Assembly (NCBI GenBank): GCA_040954595.2
Contig: CM082593.2
Location: forward strand, 11,297,477-11,361,476
DNA length: 64,000 bases
DNA from: Balanoglossus misakiensis
Lineage: Eukaryota; Animalia; Hemichordata
Direction of reading: 5' to 3'
Shown: positions 39,425 through 51,587 of the stretch, one piece after another
How positions within the stretch are numbered: position 1 is the first letter of the stretch
How the letters are laid out: each line of letters begins with the position of its first letter
The notes under the pieces: generated by a model
Database searches by the model: none
What the model saw: only the letters and a program-made list of their open reading frames with translations
Told to the model about the DNA's origin: nothing
Program-made: the position numbers and the translations under genes

Positions 39425-39625
39425 CTGAACATCCAGGGAAGGTGAATTCCTCGTCTGGATTCTCAGGATTAAAAGATCCTTCACTATGGCAGAGATAGTA
39501 AGGTGCTGGCAGGCTTGCAAACTTGTACCCTGGTAAACAATCCACCTGACAGAACACACCCGACTCAAACTCATTACAGATGGAAATACCTTTAACTGGT
39601 GGTGCTGGCTTTTCACAATCAAATG
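39425..39625 (-). CDS. exon: sushi/CCP-like domain (acceptor mutated)
   Basis: PFDCEKPAPPVKGISICNEFESGVFCQVDCLPGYKF...YLCHSEGSF...FPGCS; preceded by ttttacAT instead of AG; gtgaga donor. Confidence 0.8.
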
Positions 39626-40322
39626 ATGTAAAAGAAAGGAGAACACAGTTTATTTGTCTATATATATATTTTTAATTTTATTTCGTCTATCATCCAACAG
39701 GCAAATACTACCCAAATGTCTGTGTCTCATATATCATCCAACAGGCAAATACTACCCAAATGTCCAGGTCTAGGTAACGAACCCACAACCCTAGCCACTA
39801 GGGCACAATGCCTCTTTTACCAGGTTCACACAGGGTAAAATTTGAGACACTATTTGCCAGTGCTAACCACAGAGCATTAATCCTTTGAGTCATGTTGTGT
39901 CCACACACACAAAGTTTATGTATGGGCGCTGAGGCTCGGCCCCATAGACAATGGGTTGCGGAGAGGTGTTAATCCTTACACCGGCTCAGGTCTGGCTGGC
40001 AGAGCCGTCTAAAATCTGAGACGTTTCAGGACCACTTACACCGTCCACACATGTTTTTTTAAGACAGTATCAATTCTGAGATGCTTCAGAACTGTCTTAA
40101 TGGTGTATGTGTGACACAGTCAAATCTTTTAAACAGAACACCAACACATTAACATGTTTCTATGTAAAAGGGACTAGGAAAAGCTGTTGGTTGAAGAGAG
40201 GTTTCCCGATTAGACAGGGTTTGTTTTAGACGGGTTTGAGTGTCCTTGTATGTTCTGAATGATGTTGTTATAATTTTTGATAGTTACATAGGGACAAAAG
40301 TGATAATGATGCAATCATATTA

Positions 40323-40512
40323 CTGTAAAACGGCAAATTTTCCCAAACTTCGGCAAAAAAGAAGAAGAAGATAAAGTCGCATAAAATGTTTTTCAGAGAT
40401 AACAGAGTAGTTAGTAAAATACTAGAATGCGGAAATTTAATTCTCGTGTCACAGTTGCCTCTTTTGATATATTGCAAAATATTTTCTGTCACGAAAATGT
40501 CCTGTTTTACAG
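40323..40512. mobile_element. TA-target MITE in intron
   Basis: TA|CTGTAAAAC...GTTTTACAG|TA. Confidence 0.65.
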
Positions 40513-40609
40513 TATGTGACAAGACATAACAAGGGGTAGAGATGACAATTTGTCAAGATATTAATTAATTTGTAAAGTTTATGTAGGAATGATAAAAAAA
40601 TTCACTCAC

Positions 40610-40705
40610 GCAGTACATAGAGTAAAAAGTTGCACTGTGCATTGTTGCCAGCTGTATCTGAAGCAACATAGCTGATCTGGTAGGTTCCCCAGGAAAAGGT
40701 GTCAC
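40610..40705 (-). CDS. exon: HYR domain C-half
   Basis: GDTFSWGTYQISYVASDTAGNNAQCNFLLYV; cttacag / gtgagt. Confidence 0.85.
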
Positions 40706-41409
40706 CTGTAAGAACAAAATTATGCACATCATTACAGGCATGGGTGCTAAAGCCAAAATAGCTTCCGTTTCTTGAATGTTTGTCATGATTTTCTATTCAA
40801 ACTTAGAATGGTCCATTTAAGTGAGCTATCTGGTGGGTATACACAGGCATATTATCAACTCCTGATTGTGACTGTACATATAAACATGAACAAGATATGT
40901 ATACTAAACAGATATGGTGCCGCACACGTTTATTCAACTGCCCATTGTAAGAGAACACAACATTTGTGGTATGGGTATCCCCAGTAGTAGTGGAGAATAT
41001 TAAGTACTTTACTGATTAAAGGCCTTGCTCAACAGTTGGTCAAATCTTTTGTTTCCAATAAACAATTACGTGCAAACACAAATGCTTTCGAGTTTTAACT
41101 TCATTGTACTGCCCTGGGATCGAGGAAAGGGCCTATAAACATATGGTAATAGTATCAGCAATTGAGGCTTTAATACTTGGAAGCAAGATCATCTGTCGCA
41201 CATAGGATGTGCTAGCCATATATGAGTAACGGCCACAAGAATAAACTGTACCAGTATGCTTCATACTGACAATAATCTTAGGAAAGTTGTCTCAGCTTGT
41301 TGGTTTCTGTTTAGATCAACTCCCCACCCCACCCCGATAAAAAAAACTTAGTTAGTGTGAATGTTATATATTATCTATAATCAGAAATGATATTTTATAG
41401 GAAACTTAC

Positions 41410-41550
41410 CCATTGTGTAGGTTTGTGTCACATTGGCAATGGCGACATAATCTGTAAATATAGGCTCCTGCCATACTCCTGTTGTCAAGCTATTAGGACT
41501 AATTATACGGGTCGTATTGGGACAGTAAATGACTTCAGGAGCGTGTTTAT
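41410..41550 (-). CDS. exon: HYR domain N-half
   Basis: DKHAPEVIYCPNTTRII...VWQEPIFTD; ttcttcag / gtaagt. Confidence 0.85.
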
Positions 41551-41847
41551 CTGAAGAAAAAAAATGAAAGAATAACAAATGTTTGTAAATTAAACAACTG
41601 GTCCACACCCCATATGCATACACTGGTACATTTAGGTAAATGCACTACTAGATGTTAATATCTGTCACATATTCATGAGAAATCCAGATATTGTTAAGTG
41701 CTTGTTTTCTGATACATGTGAATAGACTAGATCACTGTCAAGAAACACTACAAGATAGGACAGGAGTCATGAGATGGTATCCATAGGCATAATAACTGAT
41801 ATGATCAATTACACTCATGATAAGCCTAGTTCTTGGAACAGCAGAAA

Positions 41848-41945
41848 CTGATGATGATGATGGTGATGATGATGACGATGATGATGATGATGGTGGTGGT
41901 GGTGGTGGTGATGATGATTATGATGATGATGATGGTGATAGTGGT
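41848..41945 (+). repeat. (GAT/GGT)n trinucleotide microsatellite in intron
   Basis: direct reading. Confidence 0.9.
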
Positions 41946-42287
41946 TGTGAATAGTATCATTACATTCAGTGTTAAATACATGTACGGTAGAAACAAAAAG
42001 AGTGAGCGATACAGGCATGGGCAGATGATGATTCCCTATACTTCCTAAAGTAGGGAGATTGCAGGCTGTGTGATTGGAGTACAACACACAGCAGCTAGGG
42101 GCTGGTGAATGTACACAGGAAAAACTACTCAAAATTTCACACAGTTTTCCCTGGACAGACACAACATTACAAGGAGAGCTGTGTTAAAGTAAGGATTTAG
42201 GATTAATCAACTCTGTGAATATGACCCAATTTCTCCTCGTCAGATTATGCATAAAATTGTTTGATAGTAATGAATAAGGCTATTTAC

Positions 42288-42574
42288 CAACAGGTGTGCA
42301 TGGTGAACCAGAGTAACCAATTGGGCACCTGGTACTTCCACAAGCTGATGGCTGGATTTTGACCACACTACCCAATAACTCTTGATCCATTTCAACCCAC
42401 ATGACATGATTGCCAAGTGGACTTTGTGAACAGTTCAAAGCCAGACTCTGGATTTCAACAGGAGTCAATACATAATCGTATACATTCATCTGTGTAACAT
42501 CACCATGGAAGCTAAAATAGTTGTCAAGGAGTCCATTTTCGTCATAGCTTTGACCAAGAATTACCATACAGCTG
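42288..42574 (-). CDS. exon: pentraxin/LamG C-terminal half plus EGF-like motif
   Basis: VILGQSYD...FHGDVTQMNVYDYVLTPVEIQSLALNC...GNHVMW...CPIGYSGSPC; tttttcag acceptor, gtaaat donor, phase 2 to 1. Confidence 0.85.
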
Positions 42575-42595
42575 CTGAAAAACTAATTAAATATT

Positions 42596-43444
42596 CACGA
42601 GCCACTGCACGTCTACTCATTGGCCCCTATCACCCTACCAAGTTTCAGCCCCCTAGGTGCAGCGGTTTTCCAGATCTAACTGGCCGAATTTCTCGGAAGA
42701 AGAAGAAGAAGAAGAATTAAAGCTGCGAGCAGCATTGTCGGGCCCAAGCGCTGATCTTGAATTATATATGCACAGTATGAATGAGAAGAAACAGAATTTT
42801 CTATCGGATGTATTATCTCATGACATAACAAGGATGTGTGTATTTTTGCTGCTGAAATAGGGTGAAGTAGGTCAAAGGTCACCTGAGGTCACCCAACATT
42901 TGGGCATTTTTTTTTTACCCATACTGGTCCATGTCCAACAAAAACCAAAACTCTAGCTCTATTGGTTCGCCTGTAATTAGGTATGTGCATAATTAATGAG
43001 GTCAGCAGAGGTCAAAGGGGTCATGAAAAGTAGCAAAATATTTTGATCACACACTAATCCACATTCATCAAAAACCAAACCTCTAGCCCTATAGGTTAGC
43101 CTGGAATTAGATATGCAGAAATAATAACGCGTGATAATTAGGTCAAAGGTCATGTGAAAAATCGCCAAAAAATTGTTATATATTTTAGTCACATGACGAT
43201 TGATATCCATAAAATTAATTTGTATGCTATCAATTTTTGGACTAGAAAAAGGAATTTCAATTTTTCTCTGTTTTTTACAAAATCCAATATGGCCACCATA
43301 ATCTTCGACCAATCACAATGCTCTTTGCAAACTTGATAGACATCAGTGTAGTGACCATACTCCCCGAATCTTGCGACTCAGTCATCGCTCGTTCTGGAGA
43401 AGAAGATTTTTGGAGTTTAACTATGGTTTTACGAAAAACCAATA
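42596..43444. mobile_element. Helentron/HINE-like repeat fragments
   Basis: (GAA)n tract, TTAAAGCTGCGAGCAGC end motif and degenerate tandem units containing GGTCAAAGGTCA. Confidence 0.45.
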
Positions 43445-44715
43445 AACCCGCTGTACCTCCGCATGTCTCCACAAGAGCTAGGCGCTCAAAATCGGTCGGA
43501 CGCAGACCAGCGGTCTGTCAGGTGTAGTAACCGTAACACCAATAAAGGTAGGTTTTCATTGATTCTAATAGGTCTCCGTTCATCAACATTTCAAATATTC
43601 TCCATAATCCAGTAGTTGCCACTGTACTTGAATGAAATATTTCCTTTCAAACTTCCAAATGGTAACCGAATCTCAAATCGCAAATCTTTCCATTTTAATA
43701 ACGAAGTCGGATGCCAAAATTACCAACTCACTTTTTCTATCGGACTCCATCATTCTAATACTTTACTTCAATGTTCAAAAATTGTGTAAAACAATATCCA
43801 CTCTCAATCTATATTTCAGGTTTAACGGCGTAATGGCATCCCCGGCCTTTGCTCTATCATAGAGGCAAATGGTATTATCTCTTCCAGTGGAAAAGTTGCG
43901 GAGCTGTACGTATTCTCCCTTCTGTAATCTGTTCAGCCACTTCGGATTTTCTTTCCAGAATTTAAGTTCCAGAACGTTGCCATCGTGCTGCATACAAGGC
44001 ACGCTAAACAGTTTCCCGTTGGCGGAATTCCGGATCTCGACATCCTCCATGACGCGCAATTTCACAGCCATGCCTTGGCTGGTTGCAGATGATGGAGCTA
44101 AGGTACGTAACAATCGCACCCCGAAACGCCTGGGCCCTTTTTTGTGTGTAGTCATTGTGGGTATGTTAACCTCCCATGTCCTACATTTTTAGAAATTTAG
44201 TATACAAAACTGGATGACCGATTATGTTTTAGAGACCGTTCCCGAATCCACCTGAAGCCCAGTCGGAATGTCTTGGGATGTAACCTAAATTCAATATGGC
44301 CGCCTCCATGCGTTCACTTGCATTTGAAAATACGTTGATTTTATCGTCGATTAGCGGTGTTTATTCTCAGTATCAATTTAAACGCGGCACTCGCTTACAA
44401 GTCATATTCTAGAAAGAAAGAAAAAATGATAGTTTCGAGTACAGATTACATGTATTTTAAAACGAGGTTTGGTAACAATGGTATCACTACTAAATGACTT
44501 ACAATCGATGTTTTTAATTGTCTTTGCACCACAGTATGAATCCGGTGATGGTAAATCGCATTCAACTTAGAAGGCATGGAGAAAGCGCAACTGATGGTAA
44601 CTGGGATGCCAAACTGAAACTTTTGGGAGAGAAAACCTTGCCATGTATGGACGTGGGTGTCACAGTTAAACTTGGGTTGAATACTACAGCGACAACCGAA
44701 GTCCCCTTGAGATAT
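43445..44715 (+). pseudogene. OB-fold gene copy A (main exon inverted)
   Basis: 5' exon and intron, ATG at 43833, exon body inverted (43847-44098, still open on the minus strand), intron, then a frameshifted exon from 44535 (ATDGNWDAKLKLLGEK...LNTTATTEV). Confidence 0.6.
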
Positions 44716-44905
44716 GATATGTGGTAGTGCATGTCCACATGAGTGCCGTGTACTAGCCTCTCTCTCTGTAAATCCATCCAGGCTACTGCTTTCTGTACAT
44801 TGGAGAGAAATGAGAACAAGATGGTTAAATCATATTTTGTATAAGTTGGTGTTGACGAAAATAAGATGCATGTGAATTGTAGGACTGAAATGTTTCTGTA
44901 ATGAA

Positions 44906-47479
44906 TATTCAAAACCGCGGCACAGAGCGATATCCATCCGCCATATGCAAATGAGCCGAAGTATAAAAGCAACGAGCAACGTACAGTCTGTCCCTCCCTT
45001 GCAATAGGCCACGACAGCACGAACCATGGCTCAAACTGGTTCCGCAGTTCGAGCTTTTGTGGACTCACACCAGGACTCCGCAGAACTATCCGGTCGCCAT
45101 CCAAGACCCGGTCCCGGTGGTGCCACACCCCAGCAAAATGCTGCACCAACACCAGCAAGTGGAGAGGCAACAGGCGTCAGCAGCAGTGTAACCAGGGTTA
45201 GTTTTCCCCCTTGTATGCCTCCGGTCATTTCGGTTTTGATTTGCAGTTCGGTCCCCTGTTGTTGTTTTTTATGCACTACGGTTCACCACATTTCTCCCCT
45301 CGCGTTGTTTTTCGGCTTTCGAATTTTCTTAGTGCAGGTGGAAGGCCAAATCACCAATTTGAAATTCCGCCACCTGTTAGGCCTGACACCACCTGTTTCG
45401 CCAATTGAAAAAAAAAAACACGATGCCTTTCCCCTACGTAACAGGCGTGGTAGAACTGAATGGAGATTGTATTTTATTTTCTATGCAATATGCGTCGAAT
45501 ACTTGGAGTTACAGGAGTGAGCGGCAGGCCAGGCAGTGTGGTATACTGCGAGAGCGCCAACATTTGTTTGTTAAATAGAGTTGGGTGGGTTATACCCATG
45601 AGTGCCAAGGAGACCGGCCAGGCAGTTCATCCGGTGATGACTGCGAGAGCGCCGAATTATTGTGGCTGAGGCCAAAGGAAATACATAGGCTCGAGGGAGG
45701 AGCAATGTGAGCGGTCATTTACGTAGCAGACGCATGTTCGCCTTGAATTTGCTGATGCCTATGTAATGAGGCGCTCGCCCTGTAAACAAAAGGGGAGTCT
45801 TCAGTACGGTAGAGCAAGTATACTTTCCACCCGTGGTAATGGGCAGAGAAGTTATTGTATGTGTACGTTTACTTGTATTGCAGAAAGGGGAGTTGGAGAA
45901 CCTTAAGAAGCCAGGTAAAAAAAAAAAACTGCAAGAATTGACAGAAACCGCATCGCCGCACTGAGAAAAGAAATAAGGATGAACTAGTCACATGCTTTGT
46001 CTGTGGTGAGAAAGGGCATGTTGCCAGAGCCTGCCCAAAAAGAAAGTAGTATACCCACATTGCTGTGTTTTTTCTCTCTCTTTGCTCGTTTATATTTATT
46101 CGTCACAGCAAGTAAAACATGGGTTACTCATCCACGTACACGCATGCACACTGTACTAACACGCATACTTCTCTCGGTCGCCTGCACACTAATAGACGCC
46201 TTCATGCACACCCACACAATCGCATACTTTCGACCAACCGCTCGCACCATAGACGGAACGCATTCACGCATATAAATACAGACGCACAAAACATGCCTGA
46301 GCAACTTAGATGGAGCAAACGCTACACGGACACTTGCTGTGATGCTTTGATAACTTGAAATGTACGAAAAGTCTGGTTTGCTTACAACCCTCCGTGACAA
46401 TTAAAAGGTTGTCTTGAGAATAAAATAAAAGAAAGAAAGAAAAAAAATGCTTTTATATCTCGCCTTCCTAGATTGACCCCACTCAACCAGTAGCGGATAT
46501 CCCGTGTTTATCATACACCAAACATCGCCCCGAACGCAGGGAGGACTAAAACAGTCCTTTGCATTCCATGCAACCTCGCCTTACTGAGGTCCTGTCTAGG
46601 GGCTCCCTCAAGAAAACATTTTACATTTAGTAGCCCATAGTCTTTATCTATTCTTTTCTGTTCACTCCCTACGCATGGGAAACCGGCCCTGAGGAACTTC
46701 CAGTCGCCAGAAAGTCATACACATGGGTATCTCTTGAGGGCGCCCCTCGACAGGAGACCCGTTATCAATGTCGATGAGGTTCGTAAATCCAACAAGAAAG
46801 TGTCGCCCGCACTACTATCATTTAGAAACCCACATGAATTTGTCGCCGGGGGAATTCATAAGCACAGGGAGGTGTGGAACGACGAAAAGCAGAACACAAA
46901 AAGATATGAGAACCTCAATGATTTAATTGGATTTTCCAAGGCTTTTGTTGTGGGTGTGTTTGTAGTGGTAACTTGTTTGTTACTTGGTTTGACTGTATTT
47001 TAAGGATTGGGGGGATACCCAACTCGGTAATAATGGGCTCAAGCACGAGGAGAATAGGCTTTGCGTCCGGATGCGCCTCCAAAAGCCCGGACCCATTTCT
47101 TTAACAATAGGCATATCCATGAGCGAGGTGATGCGGCTTTGAATACTTAGTTATTCAAAACCGCGGCACAGAGCGATATCCATCCGCCATATGCAAATGA
47201 GCCGAAGTATAAAAGCAACGAGCAACGTACAGTCTGTCCCTCCCTTGCAATAGGCCAAGAGAGCAGGGCTATGTGCGTAAAAGGGACAGGGTGGGGATTT
47301 TATATGACCAGCCCCCTCGGTAAAATCCTTTGCGAATGTATTCCCACCCGCCCTCCCACTTTTTCGAATATAAGAGTTTTACACACTTCGCTATGGATGC
47401 GCCTCCAAAAGCCCGGACCCATTCCTTTAACAATAGGCATATCCATGAGCGAGGTGATGCGGCTTTGAATACTTAGTTA
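44906..47479 (+). mobile_element. internally deleted Ngaro/PAT-type tyrosine-recombinase retrotransposon
   Basis: Split direct repeats A1 44906-45011, B1 47069-47153, A2 47152-47257, B2 47395-47479; gag CCHC knuckle CFVCGEKGHVARAC at about 45993-46034; remnant FRNPHEFVAGGIHKH at about 46820-46870. Confidence 0.85.
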
Positions 47480-49073
47480 CTAAATTAAAAGTTCACAACT
47501 TGCATGCAGATAGTAAGTGCTGGGGAAGTTGCAGGGTGGAGATTGCTTTGGTTTAGTTAACTTACTCAATCTTTGTGACTGTTGCATTTCTTGATTGATA
47601 GAGTAGTGTACATGCATTGGCAGGTTTTCTAATATGGCCTCCTCTGTACCCAAGGTCTGGCATAAGGTGGGACACTGTAAGTATTTGCCGTCTGACACAG
47701 AAGATGCCACTTCTAGAAAAAAATAAAAAGGACAGAATGTGATTGGTAACACACAGAGACGTGAACATGTACACAAAATGATTGGAAATTGGTGGAAGCA
47801 AGTACTGCAGTTAATATTTACTCATCTATGTCTATTCCCTCAAATATCCCTTCTACCATATCATCACCATTTGGTTCTTTTAACACCTTAGGGAAAAATT
47901 GAGAGTTACATTAGAAGCACCGACAATAGGAGGGGGGGGGGGGTAAGGTTTGCAGAGAACAGGTTTTTTTTATGAACATTTGTGAAAATCAGAAATTAGT
48001 GACATGTAGGATTTCAATTTTATGATGTAACATTGTTTTCTTTTCAACATCAGTTCTCTGAGTAAAAAGATGGCCATGTAAATTTTCTCTAAGTTTGTTA
48101 GAGAAATAAAGTACATGTACAACTTTAGTGTTTCACTAATTGAGTTTCAGTGTTCTTGTATTGTCTCCTTTGCCCCATGTCAACCTCAAAGTAAATATCA
48201 AATTTGCCATTTTTGACTTATTTATCCTTGTAGTGGGCCACATAGCATTTTAGTGCAACTTATGAAAATCTGAAGAACCAAATGCCTAATTTACCCACTC
48301 TGCACAGATTTATTTCAATGGTACTGACTTGATGATCGGTATAGCGCCCTCTGTGGTAGGGGGTGGGGGGTTAACCTAGCCTTTATATGTTTATCCCTGT
48401 CCGGTTTCATTCCAATTGTATCTATGGTAACCTTATTATCAGCAGTAAATGCCACAATTGTAAAACAGCAATAATTTTAGTATCAAGCACTCTGTGGAAT
48501 TAAATATACCCTGTGTATTCTTTGTTTCCCATTAGTAATCATGCAACCTTGCCATTTTGGGCCTTCTGATTTGCTGTATGTGCTCACTAGTCCTTCCCAA
48601 CGTCTCTGAATTAGAAGGCCATTGTCATTTGTATAGTGTAGACACATTTCATTTTAGTACAACTGATGAAAGTCTCGTGAAAAACCAAATGCTTAATTTA
48701 CCCACTGTGCAAAGATTATCTGAATGATATTGTGTTGATCGTCATATAGTATAGCGCCCTCTGCGATAGTATTTGGATGATTGTGCCAGGGAGAAGGGGG
48801 TACTGAGGGAGCAGATGCAGATGACAGCAAGGCATATCCACTGAACAATGAGACGGTACGTGTTGTCAGCATTCAGGGAGAGTAAAAAGGGGAGCGCAAG
48901 AGACCAGGATGAAGAGACGAGCAGTATTGCATCATCTGTGGAAAAAATGCCAAGAGAAGGTAAGTGTGGAAGACAAGCACTTAGGGGTTATAAACAAATG
49001 TTTTTTTGTGGACAGTTTTAGTATCAAGCATTGTGGAATTAAATATACACAGTGTGTGTTGTGTGTTAGATAG

Positions 49074-49563
49074 GTACATACATACATACATACATACATA
49101 CATACATACATACATACATACATACATGCATGCATACATACATACATGCATACATGCATACATGCATGCATACATGCATACATACATGCTTACATACATG
49201 CATACATGCATACATACATGCATACATACATGCATACATACATGCATACATACATGCATACATACATGCATACATACATGCATACATACATACATGCATG
49301 CATACATACATACATACATACATACATACATACATACATACATACATACATACATACATGCATGCATGCATACATACATACATACATACATACATACATA
49401 CATACATACATACATACATACATACATACATACATACATACATACATACATACATACATACATACATGCATGCATGCATGCATACATACATGCATGCATA
49501 CATACATACATGCATACATACATGCATGCATACATACATGCATACATACATACATACATACAT
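49074..49563 (+). repeat. (TACA/TGCA)n compound microsatellite
   Basis: direct reading. Confidence 0.97.
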
Positions 49564-49597
49564 GGAAAACACACAGCAAATGGACTCCTTTTTTTAT

Positions 49598-49671
49598 CAT
49601 CCTCACCAGGAATCGAACCAGGATCCCTTATCACAAAGTGACAAGTGTGTTAACCATTACACCATGAGGAT
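49598..49671 (-). ncRNA. tRNA-like cloverleaf (tRNA-Gln-like pseudogene or SINE head)
   Basis: ATCCTCA/TGAGGAT acceptor stem, A box TGGTGTAATGG, B box GGTTCGATTCC, anticodon arm 2 nt too long. Confidence 0.65.
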
Positions 49672-51436
49672 TGTTTTATCTCCACTAACTGCCAACACAC
49701 TGTCCAATTGCACATTCACTCACTGACATATTCAACACACCAGTTTTTTTATTTCAATAAAAATTCACAAATGCATGTGAGAAATAACAGAGAGTCAGAA
49801 ATTGGCATCCACAGGAGTTACTGCATTGCTATATGGTATTATAGAGCAGCCAATGCAGTCTAACACTTTTATTAGCTTATTAAAGGCAGAAAGTCTCTTT
49901 GCTGCCCTTTTTTAATAATTATGTGTGATACAAGAGACTGTTAATGTGGATATATAGTGAATCAACGTTCGACCACACACAGCTTCCATCCCGTTTGTAG
50001 GATATGACAGTAAAAACTCGCCCAAAATGAATAAATGGTAAAGACCAATTATTCATTTTGGCAAGATTTTTCACTCTCGTGACTACAAGCAGTGTGTGTT
50101 GTTGAATGTTGATTCACTATATATCCACATGTACATTAACATAAATGGTGTCTTGCATCAAACATAATTAATGGAAAAGGGTCCCTTTAATTTATATACT
50201 TATCAAATTGTAAGCTAACCAATATGGTTAGAAGTCCGATTTGCTTGGACGTGAACCAATATGATCTATCAAAATTTTCTGGTAAAAGTTTGAGTAACTA
50301 TAACGTGTGCTTTCACCTTTTTTCATCATGTTGCTTGGGCCCTGACAATGCTGCTTTATAGCTACTACAGGATTGGATTACTTCCATTTGGCAGTAGCAT
50401 ATAAGTGTAATGGTGTAGAAAGTTTATCCTGTTTACTGGAAGAGGAATTGCAAGAGAAACCATATGTTATAAAAAAAAAATAGAAGATATTAAATAGCCT
50501 TAGTAAACATTTCCCAGAAACATTTCAATGAACAGTTACCATAATGTACTTTACATTAGAGTCAGAGGTGACTAAAAGGCTAATATTGTCATTTGTGAAA
50601 TGTACACAATTGTATTTATATTGTCGGTGAACTGTTTAGCTGTGTTGTCAGTTATGTTGAGCTTATTAGATTGGGTGATTGTCTTATTGGGTGAGTGGTG
50701 TCACTGTCTGTCACTTTTCTTTACTGAAACCACGGGGCCAATTACTTTGAAATTTAGTATGCAGGTTCCTAGGGTGAAGTTGGTAGAGTTTATGTAAATT
50801 GTGGTGAAATGTGTAATTTTTGATCAATTTTAGTTGTGTTTAGTTAAATTCTTTGTACAATTACTTTGAAATTTAGTGTGTAGGTCCTTGGGGTTGATTT
50901 TACTGGAATTTGCTCAATTTGTGACAGAATGTGGAATATGTTATTTCGGAAGCAATTGCTTGTTTGGTCTTTTTTATTTCATAAACCAGATACTGTGATT
51001 GTTTTTCTGTTCTTTTTTGTATGTGTGTCTATTTTCACAATTGAAATAAATTAATATAAGGCTATATAAAATAAATTGGTGTTTTATGCTTTTTGTGTAA
51101 GTATGAATGTATGTATGTGTGTAAAAAGATTGATATTGTTTGTATGGTTGATATCAGATATCATATGTCTTATAGTGAGAAAGAAACCACTACACAATCC
51201 CTAGTAGTATTTGTGGTAATATATCTGTTTTGAGAATATAGCCCATTAGTATATTGTAGTCTTTGTACAACTTTTCTTCAAAATGTGTTATATGAACAAA
51301 TAAAATATGGCAAGAAGATGAATTGTTTCGAAGAATGAATCATAATAAACAGTAGAATTTGGTCAATTTTTGTTCAGGCATAAAGAAATAGCTTGTACAT
51401 GAGCTTGCACGACGGTATTTGGTCAATACAGGGCGC

Positions 51437-51449
51437 ATGTATGTATGTA

Positions 51450-51502
<53 letters not shown>

Positions 51503-51509
51503 ATGTATG

Positions 51510-51543
<34 letters not shown>

Positions 51544-51587
51544 TGTATGTATGTATGCATGCATGCATGCATGCATGCATGTATGTA
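51437..51587 (+). repeat. (TGTA/TG/TGCA)n compound microsatellite
   Basis: direct reading. Confidence 0.95.

Larger units (their letters stand above)
34078..42574 (-). pseudogene. 3' part (14 exons) of an SVEP1/Uninflatable-like multidomain type-I membrane protein gene with disabling lesions
   Basis: Exons joined by phase give pentraxin C-half, EGF-like, HYR, sushi-like, RRKR linker, 4 Cys-rich Ephrin_rec_like repeats, 2 EGF, TM helix and a tail with YNPMY. Lesions: TAG at 37001-37003, frameshift in 38780-39021, AT instead of AG acceptor at 39627-39626, TT instead of GT donor at 37304-37303. No 5' exons were recognised in the window. Confidence 0.8.
43445..49800 (+). repeat. left arm of giant inverted repeat 2
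   Basis: Reverse-complement matches: 43445-43828 with 60798-61182, 43847-44715 with 59306-60198, 48037-48420 with 57570-57957, 49565-49800 with 53870-54097. Confidence 0.85.

Noticed and set aside
41815-42162. Poly-His and poly-Met ORFs
   Set aside because: Intronic trinucleotide repeat lying between two phase-matched exons
34078-42574. Assigning the symbol SVEP1 or uif
   Set aside because: Domains are shared but their order and the membrane anchor differ; orthology cannot be shown without a search
48932-49726. Long ORFs of 138-217 aa on both strands
   Set aside because: They are translations of the (TACA/TGCA)n microsatellite
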